DNA of 37,133 nucleotides from a virus (taxonomy: Duplodnaviria; Heunggongvirae; Uroviricota; Caudoviricetes): the IMG/VR virus record IMGVR_UViG_2531839477_000018; one strand, 5' to 3'. The number at the start of each line of letters is the position of its first letter. Position 1 is the stretch's first letter. The notes beneath the pieces are model-generated. The model had not been told where the DNA came from. It ran no database searches and was given only the letters and a program-made list of their open reading frames with translations. This document shows, one piece after another, positions 15,340 to 25,995 of this stretch. The position numbers and the translations under genes are program-made.

Positions 15340-16392
15340 ATGAATCTGGTGATGTCAGATATTACCCGCAACAAGCTGGGGTGCTATATGGCGCAGCAGG
15401 CGTCGCTTAACAATATCCCGGTTTCCGCACTGGTATCGCGATTTACCGTGGAACCCTCGGTGCAGCAGCGTTTTGAAAACGCCTCAAAGGAAAGCACCGA
15501 ATTTACAAAAAGAATTAACGTGATCGGCGTGACCGACCAGAAAGGCGAAAAAATCCTCCTGGATACCACCGGACCGATTGCGCGCACAAATACCAGTTAT
15601 GACGGCACAAAACGCCGTAACCCGAATAACGTGGTTGATCTGAAAAACCGCAAATACCAGTGCGAACAGGTGAACTACGACACGTTTATTTCATATCCGC
15701 AGCTTGATGCCTGGGCGGCACACCCTGATTTTCAGTCCCGCATCAGCGCACAGATTGCCCGACAGGTGGCGCTTGACCGCATCATGATCGGTTTCAACGG
15801 CACGTCTCACGCGGATGAGTCCAACTTCAGCACCAACAAGCTGCTTCAGGACGTTAACGTGGGATGGCTGGAGCACATCAGAACCGACGCCAGCGAACGC
15901 GTTATGAATGACGTGACGCTGACCTCCCGCAACATGGACAACACCGTGGCGCACGCGGGTAAGTATGCGAACGCTGATGCACTGGTACAGGACGCGCGTT
16001 CATCCCTGCTGGATGAATGGCACAAGGAAGCTGACGACCTTGTGGTGATTATGGGGCGCAACCTGTTTAACTCGCTGCGTCTGCCCGTGCTGAACAGCAT
16101 CAGCGGCCAGAATCCCAATGCGGAATTACTTGCCGGGCAGCTCATCCTGTCATCGCGCACCATTGGCGGGCTGGGCGTGTTCCTTGCGCCGTTCTTCCCG
16201 GATGCAACGATGCTGATCACCTCGTTCAACAACCTGTCGATTTACTGGCAGAAAGGTTCAATGCGTCGTCTGATGAAAGACGAACCGGAATACAACCGCA
16301 TCGCCACCTACCAGTCCATCAATGACGCTTATGTCGTTGAAGACTATGGCAAGTGCGCGATGGTCACTGGCCTGAAGTTCGCCGACAGCTAA
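15340..16392 (+). CDS. N: Major capsid protein (P2 gpN-like)
   Basis: 350-aa ORF after scaffold; size and order match P2 N. Confidence 0.85.
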   Translation: MNLVMSDITRNKLGCYMAQQASLNNIPVSALVSRFTVEPSVQQRFENASKESTEFTKRINVIGVTDQKGEKILLDTTGPIARTNTSYDGTKRRNPNNVVDLKNRKYQCEQVNYDTFISYPQLDAWAAHPDFQSRISAQIARQVALDRIMIGFNGTSHADESNFSTNKLLQDVNVGWLEHIRTDASERVMNDVTLTSRNMDNTVAHAGKYANADALVQDARSSLLDEWHKEADDLVVIMGRNLFNSLRLPVLNSISGQNPNAELLAGQLILSSRTIGGLGVFLAPFFPDATMLITSFNNLSIYWQKGSMRRLMKDEPEYNRIATYQSINDAYVVEDYGKCAMVTGLKFADS

Positions 16393-16437
16393 TCAACCCA
16401 CGGCGGGCATCATGCCCGCCTGTAACGGAGAGAACAA

Positions 16438-17238
16438 ATGATTACTCCTGCACAGCAACACTGGCAGAACGTGATGGCACAGCGCGCAGGCCGGGCGAAT
16501 GAAGGCGTGGACCACGCCGCGCGTACCGCGCATGAAGAGGTGCTGTATCGTCTGCGTCTGGCACAGGCCCGGCTTAAGGGCGTACAGGCCAGAAGCGCGA
16601 AAGCCGCCATCAAAAAAGAGTTGTTGCCGGATTTTTCCGGCTGGATTGAGGGAACGCTGGAGGCTGACGGCGGGCAGCAGGATGAAGTGATTGCCACGCT
16701 GATGGTGTGGGCGATTGACTGCGGCGATCTTCCGCTTGCGCTGCGTATTGGTGCGTATGTGGTCCGTCACAACCTCATCATGCCGGATAACTTTGGCCGT
16801 ACTGCTGCCACGGTACTGACCGAAGAAATCTGCAACCCGGTACTGATACAGGCCGGGACGGATGCCGACGCGGATTTGTCCACCTTTATCGAACCACTGG
16901 ACACACTTTGGGAAATTGTCGCCAACCAGGATATGCCGGACGAAGTGCGCGCCAAATTATGCAAGGCGTGCGCCTTTGCCCGCCGTGGCCTGAGCGATGC
17001 GGACGGCATGGCCTCATCACTGAAGCTGCTGCGCGAAGCGATGCACCTGAACCCGAACGCAGGTGTGAAACGCGAGATTGCAACCCTTTCCCGCGCCCTG
17101 AAAAAAGCTGATTCCGCAGCCGCACCAGAAGATACCAGCACACCGCAGACGCAGGACGAAAGCAGCAAAAGTAAAAAGACAACGCGGAAGCCTGCAACAC
17201 GAAAAACCACCGCGACGCAGAAGGCGAAGCGCGGTTAA
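16438..17238 (+). CDS. M: Terminase small (endonuclease) subunit (P2 gpM-like)
   Basis: 266-aa ORF with basic Lys/Thr-rich C-terminal tail; order O-N-M. Confidence 0.8.
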   Translation: MITPAQQHWQNVMAQRAGRANEGVDHAARTAHEEVLYRLRLAQARLKGVQARSAKAAIKKELLPDFSGWIEGTLEADGGQQDEVIATLMVWAIDCGDLPLALRIGAYVVRHNLIMPDNFGRTAATVLTEEICNPVLIQAGTDADADLSTFIEPLDTLWEIVANQDMPDEVRAKLCKACAFARRGLSDADGMASSLKLLREAMHLNPNAGVKREIATLSRALKKADSAAAPEDTSTPQTQDESSKSKKTTRKPATRKTTATQKAKRG

Positions 17239-17330
17239 CGACTGACCCCGTCAGCGGGCGGCGTGCGCGGTGTTCCGGTTTGACTCCGTGACCGTTTACA
17301 CCGCGCACCCACCGCCCGATTTTTTCAGGA

Positions 17331-17834
17331 GTGAACCCCATGAGTATGGTTGCCAGAACCAACCCCGGACCCGCAGAGAACGACATCACCGATACCGATG
17401 ATGGTGATACCCGTATTTCAGCGGGCGCATTCTGGCCGGATATTGTGCTGCGCGAGCTGCGTCTGGCGATACGACTGCCGGGCCGTGTGACCACCTCCCG
17501 CCTGCTGCATACCGCCACCGGGGCCGTGGCACACGTTACCCGCGAGCTGGAAGCGTGGCAGCAGGAACAGCAGGCGGCTGGCCATCAGACGCTGGCCGAT
17601 GTTCCGGCACCCGTAATTAACGGAGAAAGCGTCAATCTCTGGCACTGGCGCAATGCTGTTTATACCGCCACACGCGCCCTGATTCTGGAGCGTTACCGCG
17701 ATGCGGACACAACGGACAAGGGCGACCGCCGGGCGGACGCACTGGATATACAGACATCAGATTTGTGGCGCGATGTGAGCTGGGCCATCTCTGACATTCT
17801 GTGCCGCCCGCGAATCTTTGCGGAGTTGTGCTGA
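17331..17834 (+). CDS. L: Head completion/stabilisation protein (P2 gpL-like)
   Basis: 167-aa ORF, position after M. Confidence 0.8.
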   Translation: MNPMSMVARTNPGPAENDITDTDDGDTRISAGAFWPDIVLRELRLAIRLPGRVTTSRLLHTATGAVAHVTRELEAWQQEQQAAGHQTLADVPAPVINGESVNLWHWRNAVYTATRALILERYRDADTTDKGDRRADALDIQTSDLWRDVSWAISDILCRPRIFAELC

Positions 17835-18034
17835 TGAAAGTGAAGGCACTGGAAGGCGACACCGTGGATTCGCTCTGTTTCCGGTACTACGGCACGACGC
17901 AGGGCGTCACCGAAAAGGTGCTGGATGCCAACCCCGGACTCTGTCAGCAGGTATTTCTGGACGCCGGGCAGGAAGTGGAGATGCCGGAGCCGGAGAAGAA
18001 GAAACGAGAAATGATTCAGTTGTGGGGGGAGTAG
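17834..18034 (+). CDS. X: Tail protein X (LysM-like, P2 gpX)
   Basis: 66-aa ORF MKVKALEGDTVDSLCFRYYG..; ATGA overlap with L stop. Confidence 0.7.
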   Translation: MKVKALEGDTVDSLCFRYYGTTQGVTEKVLDANPGLCQQVFLDAGQEVEMPEPEKKKREMIQLWGE

Positions 18035-18036
18035 CA

Positions 18037-18360
18037 GTGAACACCATTCAAACAGGGATCACAGAGCAGGTTATTGCATGGCTCTTTGACCACCTGCCAA
18101 CGGTGTATGCAGTAGGCGCGGCGGTCAGCATTTCCGCGCTGATGAGTCTTTATGACGGGCGAACACTGGTTCAGACCGTAACGGGATCGCTGGCGTGCGG
18201 CGTTCTTGCCATGGCCGTGGCCGGGTCGTTGCGCTTCTTCGGGTTTCCTGAAGATGCTGTGACGTTTATCGGCGCATCAATCGGTTTTATGGGGGCAGAG
18301 AAAGCACGCGACAAGGTTATTGCGGCCTTTAATCGCAGGGTGAAGGAGAAGGACGAATGA
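18037..18360 (+). CDS. Putative holin
   Basis: 107-aa product from GTG at 18037 with two hydrophobic helices; precedes endolysin; the ORF-track 17818-18360 call is the same frame read from an upstream start. Confidence 0.55.
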   Translation: MNTIQTGITEQVIAWLFDHLPTVYAVGAAVSISALMSLYDGRTLVQTVTGSLACGVLAMAVAGSLRFFGFPEDAVTFIGASIGFMGAEKARDKVIAAFNRRVKEKDE

Positions 18361-18749
18361 GCAACACATTTAAATTCAGCAGCCGGAGCGAAAATAATTT
18401 GCAGGGCGTAAATCCTGATCTGGTGAAAGTGACCCGGCGGGCACTGGAAATCTCGGAAGTGGATTTTGGTATCACCGAAGGGTTGCGCAGCCGTTACCGC
18501 CAGAAGCAACTGGTGGCCACGGGTAAGAGCCAGACCATGAACAGCCGCCACCTTACGGGTCATGCCGTGGATGTTGTGGCTTATATCGGCAGCCAGGTGT
18601 CATGGGAATGGCCGCTGTACGAAAAAATCGCAACCGCATTCAGACAGGCCAGCCGGGAACTGAATATTCCGGTGGAATGGGGCGGCGACTGGAAGACCCT
18701 GAAAGACGGACCGCATTTTCAGTTACCACACGGAGCCTATCCGGCATGA
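18357..18749 (+). CDS. Endolysin, peptidase M15 family (L-alanyl-D-glutamate endopeptidase type)
   Basis: 130-aa ORF with ..SRHLTGHAVDV.. and ..WGGDW.. motifs typical of M15 zinc peptidases; ATGA overlap with holin. Confidence 0.75.
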   Translation: MSNTFKFSSRSENNLQGVNPDLVKVTRRALEISEVDFGITEGLRSRYRQKQLVATGKSQTMNSRHLTGHAVDVVAYIGSQVSWEWPLYEKIATAFRQASRELNIPVEWGGDWKTLKDGPHFQLPHGAYPA

Positions 18750-19153
18750 AGCTCTGGCCCACGCTTGGCGTCGCTTTCCTTCTGATTGCCGCATGGGGAA
18801 CATCCATGCGTCTGTCGTGGTCGCTGGGCCGGGAGAACGCCAGAAACGAAGCGCAGGCCAGCACCCTGAAAGGTACCGTCGACACCCTGAATATCATCAG
18901 CACCGGGGTACAGGATATGCAGAAGGTGCTGGCGCAACTCCGCGTGGAAAATCAGCAACGCAATCAGGACGGAGAGGCCAGACGTGAACAGCTACGCAAC
19001 GATATTGCAAAAGATGAATGCGCCCACGCTTTGCCTGACGCTCGTTTTACTGACAGGTTGCGCAGGCACGCAGAACGCGCCACGGCCAGCGCCGTCAGTC
19101 CGGCTTATACCGCAGACGCTGACCATACCGGTAACGCCTCCCCCCTTCCCTGA
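18746..19153 (+). CDS. Spanin inner-membrane subunit (LysB/Rz-like)
   Basis: Start MKLWPTLGVAFLLIAAWG (N-terminal TM) overlapping the endolysin stop; coiled-coil body; ORF-track 18602 start is probably too long. Confidence 0.6.
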   Translation: MKLWPTLGVAFLLIAAWGTSMRLSWSLGRENARNEAQASTLKGTVDTLNIISTGVQDMQKVLAQLRVENQQRNQDGEARREQLRNDIAKDECAHALPDARFTDRLRRHAERATASAVSPAYTADADHTGNASPLP

Positions 19154-19304
19154 TACTCCCACATGGGGAAATCTCGGTATATGGGGCGACCGCCTTCTGG
19201 ATGCACTGGAAACCTGTAACGCGGATAAACGGGCCATTGAATTACTGGAACAGCGCAGGCTGCAACGACTGAACAACGAGGATAACAACCATGCTGAAAA
19301 CTGA
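19014..19304 (+). CDS. Spanin outer-membrane lipoprotein (LysC/Rz1-like)
   Basis: Lipobox LTGC after a signal peptide (MNAPTLCLTLVLLTGC); reading frame overlaps the 3' end of LysB in another frame, as in P2 lysB/lysC. Confidence 0.5.
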   Translation: MNAPTLCLTLVLLTGCAGTQNAPRPAPSVRLIPQTLTIPVTPPPFPDTPTWGNLGIWGDRLLDALETCNADKRAIELLEQRRLQRLNNEDNNHAEN

Positions 19305-19758
19305 TTCCCTGCGTGAAGCCATGACCCGTTCATGCCGATGGTGTCAGGCCAACCCGGAAAAATTCACCATTTTCGTGGAGAGCGGCAACATTGAAACGAC
19401 CGGAGAAACGCCCTCGTTTGTTTACCGCTATCAGATGGTGATGTTTGTCATGGATTACGCAGGAGAGCTGGACGACCTCACGCTACCGCTGCTGGCGTGG
19501 TTATCCGAAAATCAGCCACAGTTGTTGCTCAATCCGGAGCGTAATCAGGACATCAAATTTTCCGCCGTTATCAATGACGATGACAGCGCCGATCTCCTGT
19601 TTACGCTCCCCCTGCGGGAACGCGTTCGCATCACGCGCAACAGTCAGGGCACACCGCAGGCAGAACACCTGCCGGAGCCAAAACCCCGTCTGCCCTCTTC
19701 CGAAGGCGACTGGTCGCATGTATTCCAGGATGTGACGTGGGGTGAAAGCGATGGATAA
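19291..19758 (+). CDS. R: Tail completion protein (P2 gpR-like)
   Basis: 155-aa ORF, synteny after lysis cassette. Confidence 0.75.
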   Translation: MLKTDSLREAMTRSCRWCQANPEKFTIFVESGNIETTGETPSFVYRYQMVMFVMDYAGELDDLTLPLLAWLSENQPQLLLNPERNQDIKFSAVINDDDSADLLFTLPLRERVRITRNSQGTPQAEHLPEPKPRLPSSEGDWSHVFQDVTWGESDG

Positions 19759-20386
19759 GACATTCACCCGCGTGGATGAAACCTTTGAGGCCATCCGCGA
19801 CAGCCTGAATCAGCAGGCCATCAATAACATCGCCAGAAAGCTGGCACAGGATTTACGCCGCGCCCAGCAGGCGCGTATCCGGTCACAGAAAGCGCCGGAC
19901 GGGACCGCGTGGACACCACGCAGACGCCGCGTAACCCGGATACAGGAACGCATTCGCTTTATCTGGAATAACGAAGCACGCACGCTGAAAAACTGGCATC
20001 ACGACACGGGGAAATACGGGCGAACCATTACCGGGTGGGATGAGGATAAAAACAATATCCGCACGTTTTACCGGGATGACATCGACCGCTTTCTGGAAAT
20101 ACGCACCCGGCGCATCAACCAGGACAGCACAAAGCGCGTCCCCATGTTCGTAAAACTGCGCACCGCCCGCTACCTGAAAGCCCGTGCAGATGCTTCCGGT
20201 GTGACGGTGGGTTACAGCGGCGTGGCCGCACGTATTGCCCGCGTTCATCAGTTCGGTGAGCGCGATCAGGTTGCGCCGGGCATTTTCACCGATTACCCGG
20301 TACGTGAGCTGCTGGGTATCAGCCAGGCAGATGAGCACCTGATTTATAACACGGTGCTGGGCCGGATTGCGGAGGCTGTACGGTGA
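19742..20386 (+). CDS. S: Tail completion protein (P2 gpS-like)
   Basis: 214-aa ORF overlapping R end; synteny; start may be the ATG at 19751. Confidence 0.75.
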   Translation: MKAMDKTFTRVDETFEAIRDSLNQQAINNIARKLAQDLRRAQQARIRSQKAPDGTAWTPRRRRVTRIQERIRFIWNNEARTLKNWHHDTGKYGRTITGWDEDKNNIRTFYRDDIDRFLEIRTRRINQDSTKRVPMFVKLRTARYLKARADASGVTVGYSGVAARIARVHQFGERDQVAPGIFTDYPVRELLGISQADEHLIYNTVLGRIAEAVR

Positions 20387-20964
20387 GCGCAGAACTCATG
20401 CGACTGCTGAGCAATATCATCCGCACCGGGATCATCTCTGAAGTTGATGAGAAGTCCTGGCGCGTGCGCGTTCGCAGCGGCGAACTGGAAACAGGCTGGT
20501 TGCGCTGGAACACCACGCGCGCGGGAGCCTTCAATGTGTGGCTGCCGCCATCACCAGGCGAACAGGTGGTAATTGCCTGCATTGGCGGCAACCCGGAAAC
20601 CGCCATGATAATTGGCAGCCTGTGGAGTGATGCCAATCCGGCACCCGGCAAAAGCCTGAAAGAAATCGTGATCAGCGCGCCGGACGGCGCGGTGTTCCGC
20701 TACGACGCGGACGCAGGCGCACTGAGCGCCAGCGGCATGAAAACGGCCACTTTACAGGCATCCGTCAGCGTGAAACTGGATACGCCCGTCGTGGAATGCA
20801 CAAACCGTCTGAGAACGGCGACGCTTGACGTCACAAAAGGGGGAAAGATGAGCGGCAATATCACGCACAGCGGCGGCAATTTCACCTCAAACGGCATCAC
20901 AGTGCATACGCATAAACACGGTGGCGTTAAAGGTGGCAGCGATTCGACAGGAGGCCCGCAGTGA
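20383..20964 (+). CDS. V: Baseplate spike/assembly protein (P2 gpV-like)
   Basis: 193-aa ORF, ATGA-coupled to neighbours; synteny. Confidence 0.8.
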   Translation: MSAELMRLLSNIIRTGIISEVDEKSWRVRVRSGELETGWLRWNTTRAGAFNVWLPPSPGEQVVIACIGGNPETAMIIGSLWSDANPAPGKSLKEIVISAPDGAVFRYDADAGALSASGMKTATLQASVSVKLDTPVVECTNRLRTATLDVTKGGKMSGNITHSGGNFTSNGITVHTHKHGGVKGGSDSTGGPQ

Positions 20965-21311
20965 CAACCCGCTACACAGGAATGAACCCGGACGGAACGG
21001 GAAACCTGAACGATATGGAGCACCTGAAACAGTCAGTCAGGGACATCCTGACCACCCCGCTGGCAAGCCGGGTTATGCGACGGGAATATGGCAGCCTTGT
21101 GCCTGATTTGATTGACGAACCCATGAATAACACCACGCGTCTGCAATGCATGAGTGCTGCCGTGATTGCGCTGACACGATGGGAACCCCGCATTGCCCTG
21201 GATGCCATCGACGTTGTCTGGAAGGCAGGAGGCCGCGCCGGGGTGACGCTGTCGGGCACTGTCATGCAGACCATGCAGAATGTTGAATTAACCATCACGC
21301 TGAGGGAGTAA
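20961..21311 (+). CDS. W: Baseplate wedge protein (P2 gpW-like)
   Basis: 116-aa ORF; synteny V-W-J. Confidence 0.8.
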   Translation: MTTRYTGMNPDGTGNLNDMEHLKQSVRDILTTPLASRVMRREYGSLVPDLIDEPMNNTTRLQCMSAAVIALTRWEPRIALDAIDVVWKAGGRAGVTLSGTVMQTMQNVELTITLRE

Positions 21312-21314
21312 ATC

Positions 21315-22211
21315 ATGCCTGCCGTTGACCTTTCACAGTTACCGGAACCCGCCATCATCGCGGAGCCTGACTTTGAGGCAATTCTGGCTGACACAAAGGC
21401 CATGATGATTGCGTCCTATCCCGCCGAACAGCGTGAAGCCGTTTCCGCCGCGCTGGAGCTGGAATCGGAACCCCTTAACGTTATCGCTCAAACCATGTCG
21501 TTTCGTGAAATGCTGTTACGCCAGCGGGTCAATGAGGGTGCACGCGCCTGCATGCTAAGCCACAGCGCCGGGACAGACCTGGACAACCTCGCGGGCAATA
21601 TGAACACAAAGCGCCTGGTTATCACTCCGGCAACGGATACCACCGACGCGGTGATGGAGAGCGACACCTCGCTGAGACTGCGGGCGCAACGGGCGTACGA
21701 CGGCCTGAGTGTTGCTGGCCCGTCAGGTGCATACGAGTATTTTGCCCGCAGCGCCAGCGGTCTGGTGCGTGATGCGCGGGCTATCAGTCCGTCTCCGGCA
21801 AATGTGACGGTTTCCATCCTGTCCACTGAAGGCGACGGCACAGCAACGGAGGCGTTGCTTAATACCGTTCGCGCCGTTCTGAATGCAGAGGATACCCGCC
21901 CGGTGGCCGACCGCCTGACCGTACAGAGCGCCAGCATCGTGACATGGCGGCTGAATGCAAAACTGTACTTTTACCCCGGCCCGGAATCCGAACCTATTCT
22001 GGCCGCGGCTGAATCGTCATTCAGGAAGTGGCTGGCTGAACAGGGGCTTATCGGTCAGGACGTGGCGTTGTCCGCCATTGCTGCCGCACTGCATGTGCAC
22101 GGTGTGCAACGCGTGGAGATAATCGAACCTACACAGAATATGGCCATCAGCGACATACAGGCGGCGCGCTGTGAGTCATTCACCATCAGCGAAGGTGGAC
22201 GCAATGAGTAA
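21315..22211 (+). CDS. J: Baseplate protein (P2 gpJ-like)
   Basis: 298-aa ORF; synteny. Confidence 0.8.
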   Translation: MPAVDLSQLPEPAIIAEPDFEAILADTKAMMIASYPAEQREAVSAALELESEPLNVIAQTMSFREMLLRQRVNEGARACMLSHSAGTDLDNLAGNMNTKRLVITPATDTTDAVMESDTSLRLRAQRAYDGLSVAGPSGAYEYFARSASGLVRDARAISPSPANVTVSILSTEGDGTATEALLNTVRAVLNAEDTRPVADRLTVQSASIVTWRLNAKLYFYPGPESEPILAAAESSFRKWLAEQGLIGQDVALSAIAAALHVHGVQRVEIIEPTQNMAISDIQAARCESFTISEGGRNE

Positions 22212-22734
22212 TTCGTTGTTACCACCATCAGCCAGCAATTTCATGCGTTGTGCCGAAGCCGTCGGAACACGCATTACAGACATTCCGGTAGACCTCAACA
22301 CGCTGTGGTCGCCGGACACCTGCCCGGTGCATCTGCTGCCTTATCTCGCCTGGGCGTTTTCCGTTGACCGCTGGGATCGCAACTGGCCGGAAGAGACAAA
22401 GCGACAGGTTATTCGTGATGCATGGCTGATACACCGACACAAGGGAACCATCAGCGCACTGCGCCGGGCCATTGAGCCGCTGGGATACCTCATTCGTGTG
22501 TCTGAGTGGTGGGAGTTCGGCGGAGAACCGGGAACATTTACCGTTGAAGTGGGCACGCTGGACAGTGGCGTGACGGAGGAAATGTATCTGGAAATGGAGC
22601 GGTTGATTGCTGATGCCCGCCCGGTCAGCCGCCACATGACAGGGCTGAATATCATTCAGGAGATCCCGGGAGATATTTTCGCGGCGGCAGCAACTTACGA
22701 CGGTGAAGTCATTACCATTTATCCGGACGATTAA
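22204..22734 (+). CDS. I: Baseplate protein (P2 gpI-like)
   Basis: Start at MSNSLLPP overlapping J stop; 176 aa; precedes tail fibre. Confidence 0.75.
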   Translation: MSNSLLPPSASNFMRCAEAVGTRITDIPVDLNTLWSPDTCPVHLLPYLAWAFSVDRWDRNWPEETKRQVIRDAWLIHRHKGTISALRRAIEPLGYLIRVSEWWEFGGEPGTFTVEVGTLDSGVTEEMYLEMERLIADARPVSRHMTGLNIIQEIPGDIFAAAATYDGEVITIYPDD

Positions 22735-22736
22735 GC

Positions 22737-24902
22737 ATGAGTACCACAACACGAAAATTTAAAACCGTTATCACCGATACGGGTGCCAAAAAATTAGCTC
22801 AGGCAGCCGCGCCAGATGGTAAGCCTGTCCGCCTGACTCATATGGCCGTGGGCGACGGTGGCGGTACATTGCCCACACCAGACAGTAAGCAGACCCGTCT
22901 GGTGCATGAGGTGTGGCGACATACTGTTAATCGCGTCTTCCTGGACGCAACACATCAGAACCGCATTATTGCGGAGCTGGTTATTCCTCCTGAAACGGGC
23001 GGATTCTGGATCCGGGAAATTGGTGTATTTGATGAGCACGGCGATTTGATCGCGGTTGGCAATACAGCCGAAAGTTACAAGCCAACCGTTGCCGAAGGGT
23101 CAGGACGTGCACAAACATTTCGCACCATTCTGACCGTCTCCAGCACTGCCACTGTGGCGCTTACCGTGGATAACACCATGGTTATGGCCACAGTGGATTA
23201 CGTGAATGACAAACTGAAAGAACATGAACAGTCACGACGTCACCCGGACGCCTCGCTGACCGCAAAAGGCTTTGTTCAACTCAGTAGCGCCACTAACAGC
23301 GTGTCTGAAACGCAGGCTGCAACGCCGAAAGCAGTAAAGGCCGCATATGATCTTGCTAAAGGTAAATATACTGCGCAGGATGCCAGCACGACGCGAAAAG
23401 GCCTTGTCCAGCTCAGTAGCGCCACCAACAGCACGTCTGAAACACTGGCCGCGACATCGAAAGCGGTTAAGGCGGTAATGGATGAAACGAACAAGAAAGC
23501 GCCCTTAAACAGTCCTGCGCTGACCGGAACGCCAACAACGCCAACTGCGCGACAGGGAACGAATAATACCCAAATCGCAAGCACGGCTTTCGTTATGGCT
23601 GCGATTGCCGCCCTTGTAGATTCGTCACCTGACGCACTGAATACGCTGAACGAGTTAGCGGCGGCGCTGGGAAACGACCCGAATTTTGCGACCACCATGA
23701 CTAACGCGCTTGCGGGTAAGCAACCGAAAGATGCCACCCTGACGGCGCTGGCCGGGCTTGCTACTGCGGCAGACAGGTTTCCGTATTTTACGGGGAATGA
23801 TGTCGCCAGCCTGGCAACCCTGACAAAAGTCGGGCGGGATATTCTTGCGAAATCGACTGTTGCTGCCGTTATCGAATACCTCGGTTTACAGGAAACGGTA
23901 AACAAGGCTGGTAACGCCGTCCAAAAGACAGGCGATATCTTGTCCGGTGGGCTTACTTTTGAAAACGACTCAATCCTTGCCTGGATTCGGAATACTGACT
24001 GGGCAAAGATTGGTTTTAAAAATGATGCCGACAGCGATACTGATTCATACATGTGGTTTGAAACAGGCGACAACGGCAATGAATATTTCAAATGGAGAAG
24101 CCGCCAGAGCACCACAACAAAAGACCTGATGAATCTTAAATGGGATGCTTTGTATGTTCTTGTTAAAGCTCTTTTCAGCCGTGAAGTAAAAATATCGACA
24201 GTCAATGCACTGAGGATATTTAATTCATCTTTTGGTGCTATTTTTCGCCGTTCTGAAGAATGCCTTCATATCATCCCTACCCGAGAAAATGAGGGGGAAA
24301 ATGGCGATATAGGGCCACTACGCCCCTTTACGCTTAATCTCAGAACTGGTCGCATAACTATGGGGCATGGTCTGGATGTTACAGGAGATATATTTGCAAA
24401 CCGTTTTTTAATTAACAGCAGTACAGGCATGTGGATTCATATGCGTGACCAGAACGTTATTATGGGACGTAATGCGGTATCCACTGATGGTGCTCAAGCT
24501 TTGCTTCGTCAGGACCATGCCGACCGCAAATTTATGATTGGCGGTCTGGGAAATAAGCAATTTGGCATCTACATGATTAATAATTCAAGGACAACCAATG
24601 GCACCGATGGTCAGGCGTACATGGATAATAACGGGAACTGGCTTTGCGGCTCGCAAGTTATTCCCGGCAACTATGGCAATTTTGATTCCAGATATGTGAA
24701 AGATGTTCGACTTGGTTCACAGCAATATTATGGAGTGAACAACTGGCAAACATGGAATTTCCAGTGCCCGTCAGGTCATGTATTGTCTGGTATTAATGTT
24801 CAGGATACAGGGTCCAACTCTGCCGATAATATAGCGGGCGTTTATTACAGACCCGTTCAAAAGTATATAAATGGCACCTGGTATAATGTAGCGAGCGTTT
24901 AA
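22737..24902 (+). CDS. H: Tail fibre protein (P2 gpH-like); constant N-terminal part to about 23894, variable C-terminal part 23895-24902 in the expressed orientation
   Basis: 721-aa ORF with internal ~30-aa tandem repeats ([11 protein letters not shown].. / [11 protein letters not shown]..); recombination site embedded at 23869-23894. Confidence 0.85.
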   Translation: MSTTTRKFKTVITDTGAKKLAQAAAPDGKPVRLTHMAVGDGGGTLPTPDSKQTRLVHEVWRHTVNRVFLDATHQNRIIAELVIPPETGGFWIREIGVFDEHGDLIAVGNTAESYKPTVAEGSGRAQTFRTILTVSSTATVALTVDNTMVMATVDYVNDKLKEHEQSRRHPDASLTAKGFVQLSSATNSVSETQAATPKAVKAAYDLAKGKYTAQDASTTRKGLVQLSSATNSTSETLAATSKAVKAVMDETNKKAPLNSPALTGTPTTPTARQGTNNTQIASTAFVMAAIAALVDSSPDALNTLNELAAALGNDPNFATTMTNALAGKQPKDATLTALAGLATAADRFPYFTGNDVASLATLTKVGRDILAKSTVAAVIEYLGLQETVNKAGNAVQKTGDILSGGLTFENDSILAWIRNTDWAKIGFKNDADSDTDSYMWFETGDNGNEYFKWRSRQSTTTKDLMNLKWDALYVLVKALFSREVKISTVNALRIFNSSFGAIFRRSEECLHIIPTRENEGENGDIGPLRPFTLNLRTGRITMGHGLDVTGDIFANRFLINSSTGMWIHMRDQNVIMGRNAVSTDGAQALLRQDHADRKFMIGGLGNKQFGIYMINNSRTTNGTDGQAYMDNNGNWLCGSQVIPGNYGNFDSRYVKDVRLGSQQYYGVNNWQTWNFQCPSGHVLSGINVQDTGSNSADNIAGVYYRPVQKYINGTWYNVASV
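23869..23894. repeat. Invertase crossover site, left (gix/hix-like), inside the tail-fibre gene
   Basis: TTATCGAATACCTCGGTTTACAGGAA; inverted partner at 26941-26966; matches the Gin/Hin site pattern TTATC..AAACC-TC-GGTTTACAGGAA. Confidence 0.8.
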
Positions 24903-24903
24903 T

Positions 24904-25431
24904 ATGATGCACTTAAAGAACATAAAAGCGGGTAACGCTAAAACACTGGAACAGTATGAGTTAACAAAGAAACACGGAGTTATCTGGCTTTACTCTGAGG
25001 ACGGAAAAAACTGGTATGAGGAAGTGAAGAACTTTCAGCCAGACACAATAAAGATTGTTTACGATGAAAATAATATTATTGTCGCTATCACCAGAGATGC
25101 TTCAACGCTTAATCCTGAAGGTTTTAGCGTTGTTGAGGTTCCTGATATTACCTCCAACCGACGTGCTGACGACTCAGGTAAATGGATGTTTAAGGATGGT
25201 GCTGTGGTTAAACGGATTTATACGGCAGATGAACAGCAACAACAGGCAGAATCACAAAAGGCCGCATTACTTTCCGAAGCGGAAAGCGTTATTCAGCCAC
25301 TGGAACGCGCTGTCAGGCTGAATATGGCGACGGATGAGGAACGTGCACGACTGGAGTCATGGGAACGCTACAGCGTTCTGGTCAGCCGTGTGGATACGGC
25401 AAATCCTGAATGGCCACAAAAGCCTGAATAA
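24904..25431 (+). CDS. G: Tail fibre assembly chaperone (P2 gpG-like), expressed orientation
   Basis: 175-aa [17 protein letters not shown].. immediately after H. Confidence 0.8.
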   Translation: MMHLKNIKAGNAKTLEQYELTKKHGVIWLYSEDGKNWYEEVKNFQPDTIKIVYDENNIIVAITRDASTLNPEGFSVVEVPDITSNRRADDSGKWMFKDGAVVKRIYTADEQQQQAESQKAALLSEAESVIQPLERAVRLNMATDEERARLESWERYSVLVSRVDTANPEWPQKPE

Positions 25432-25459
25432 AAATTAAGGCCCGCTATCGGGCCTTGTC

Positions 25460-25993
25460 TCATTCAGGTTGTTCGGGAAATGTTACTGGCAGGCTGGAGG
25501 TGTCTGTAGATTCGACTTTCTGCGCATAGAGCATCCACTCGGTTAATTTTTGTTTATTCTCGTCGGAAATGATGCCCAGCCGTAGCTGTGAGTCCCATAG
25601 CTGGGTTTTATCCCTGACAAGTTGCAACAGGCTTTGCTTTTCATTCTCTGCCTGCTGCCTCTGTTCCTCCTCGGTATAAGTTCGCTTTATCACTACGCCA
25701 TCTTTGAACATCCATTTACCCGAAATATCAGCCCAGCGATTTGCTGTAATATCAGGAACCTCAACGACGCTTGCGCCTTCTGGATTAATTGCTGAAACAT
25801 CCTTTTCAATACAAATAATAACGCCGTTGTAGTCATAGACCATTTTCAACGTATCAGTCTGGAAATTCTTTTGTTCCTCATACCAGTTTTTTCCATCCTC
25901 TGTATAAAGCCATTTGATGTTAAATTGTTTCGTTAGCTGGTATTGCTCTTTTGTTTTAGGGTTGCCAGCTGTAATATTTTTTAAGTGCATCAT
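25460..25993 (-). CDS. Alternative tail fibre assembly chaperone (G'), silent orientation
   Basis: 177-aa ORF MMHLKNITAGNPKT.. paralogous to G, on the opposite strand inside the invertible segment. Confidence 0.75.
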   Translation of the reverse strand: MMHLKNITAGNPKTKEQYQLTKQFNIKWLYTEDGKNWYEEQKNFQTDTLKMVYDYNGVIICIEKDVSAINPEGASVVEVPDITANRWADISGKWMFKDGVVIKRTYTEEEQRQQAENEKQSLLQLVRDKTQLWDSQLRLGIISDENKQKLTEWMLYAQKVESTDTSSLPVTFPEQPE

Positions 25994-25995
25994 AA

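Noticed and set aside
16886-17518. 210-aa minus-strand ORF
   Set aside because: Antisense to the terminase small subunit and head completion genes; Arg-rich shadow ORF
17818-18360. 180-aa ORF-track call read as a single protein
   Set aside because: Its upstream part runs through the X gene region in another frame; the biologically sensible product is the holin starting at GTG 18037 after the X stop
23268-23477. Tandem ~100-bp direct repeats inside the tail-fibre gene considered as a possible CRISPR-like or mobile repeat
   Set aside because: They are in frame and encode repeated ~30-aa fibre shaft motifs ([11 protein letters not shown].. / [11 protein letters not shown]..); ordinary structural repeats, no spacer-repeat regularity
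23276-24205. 309-aa minus-strand ORF
   Set aside because: Antisense to the tail-fibre gene; low-complexity Ala/Ser-rich translation mirrors the fibre repeats on the other strand
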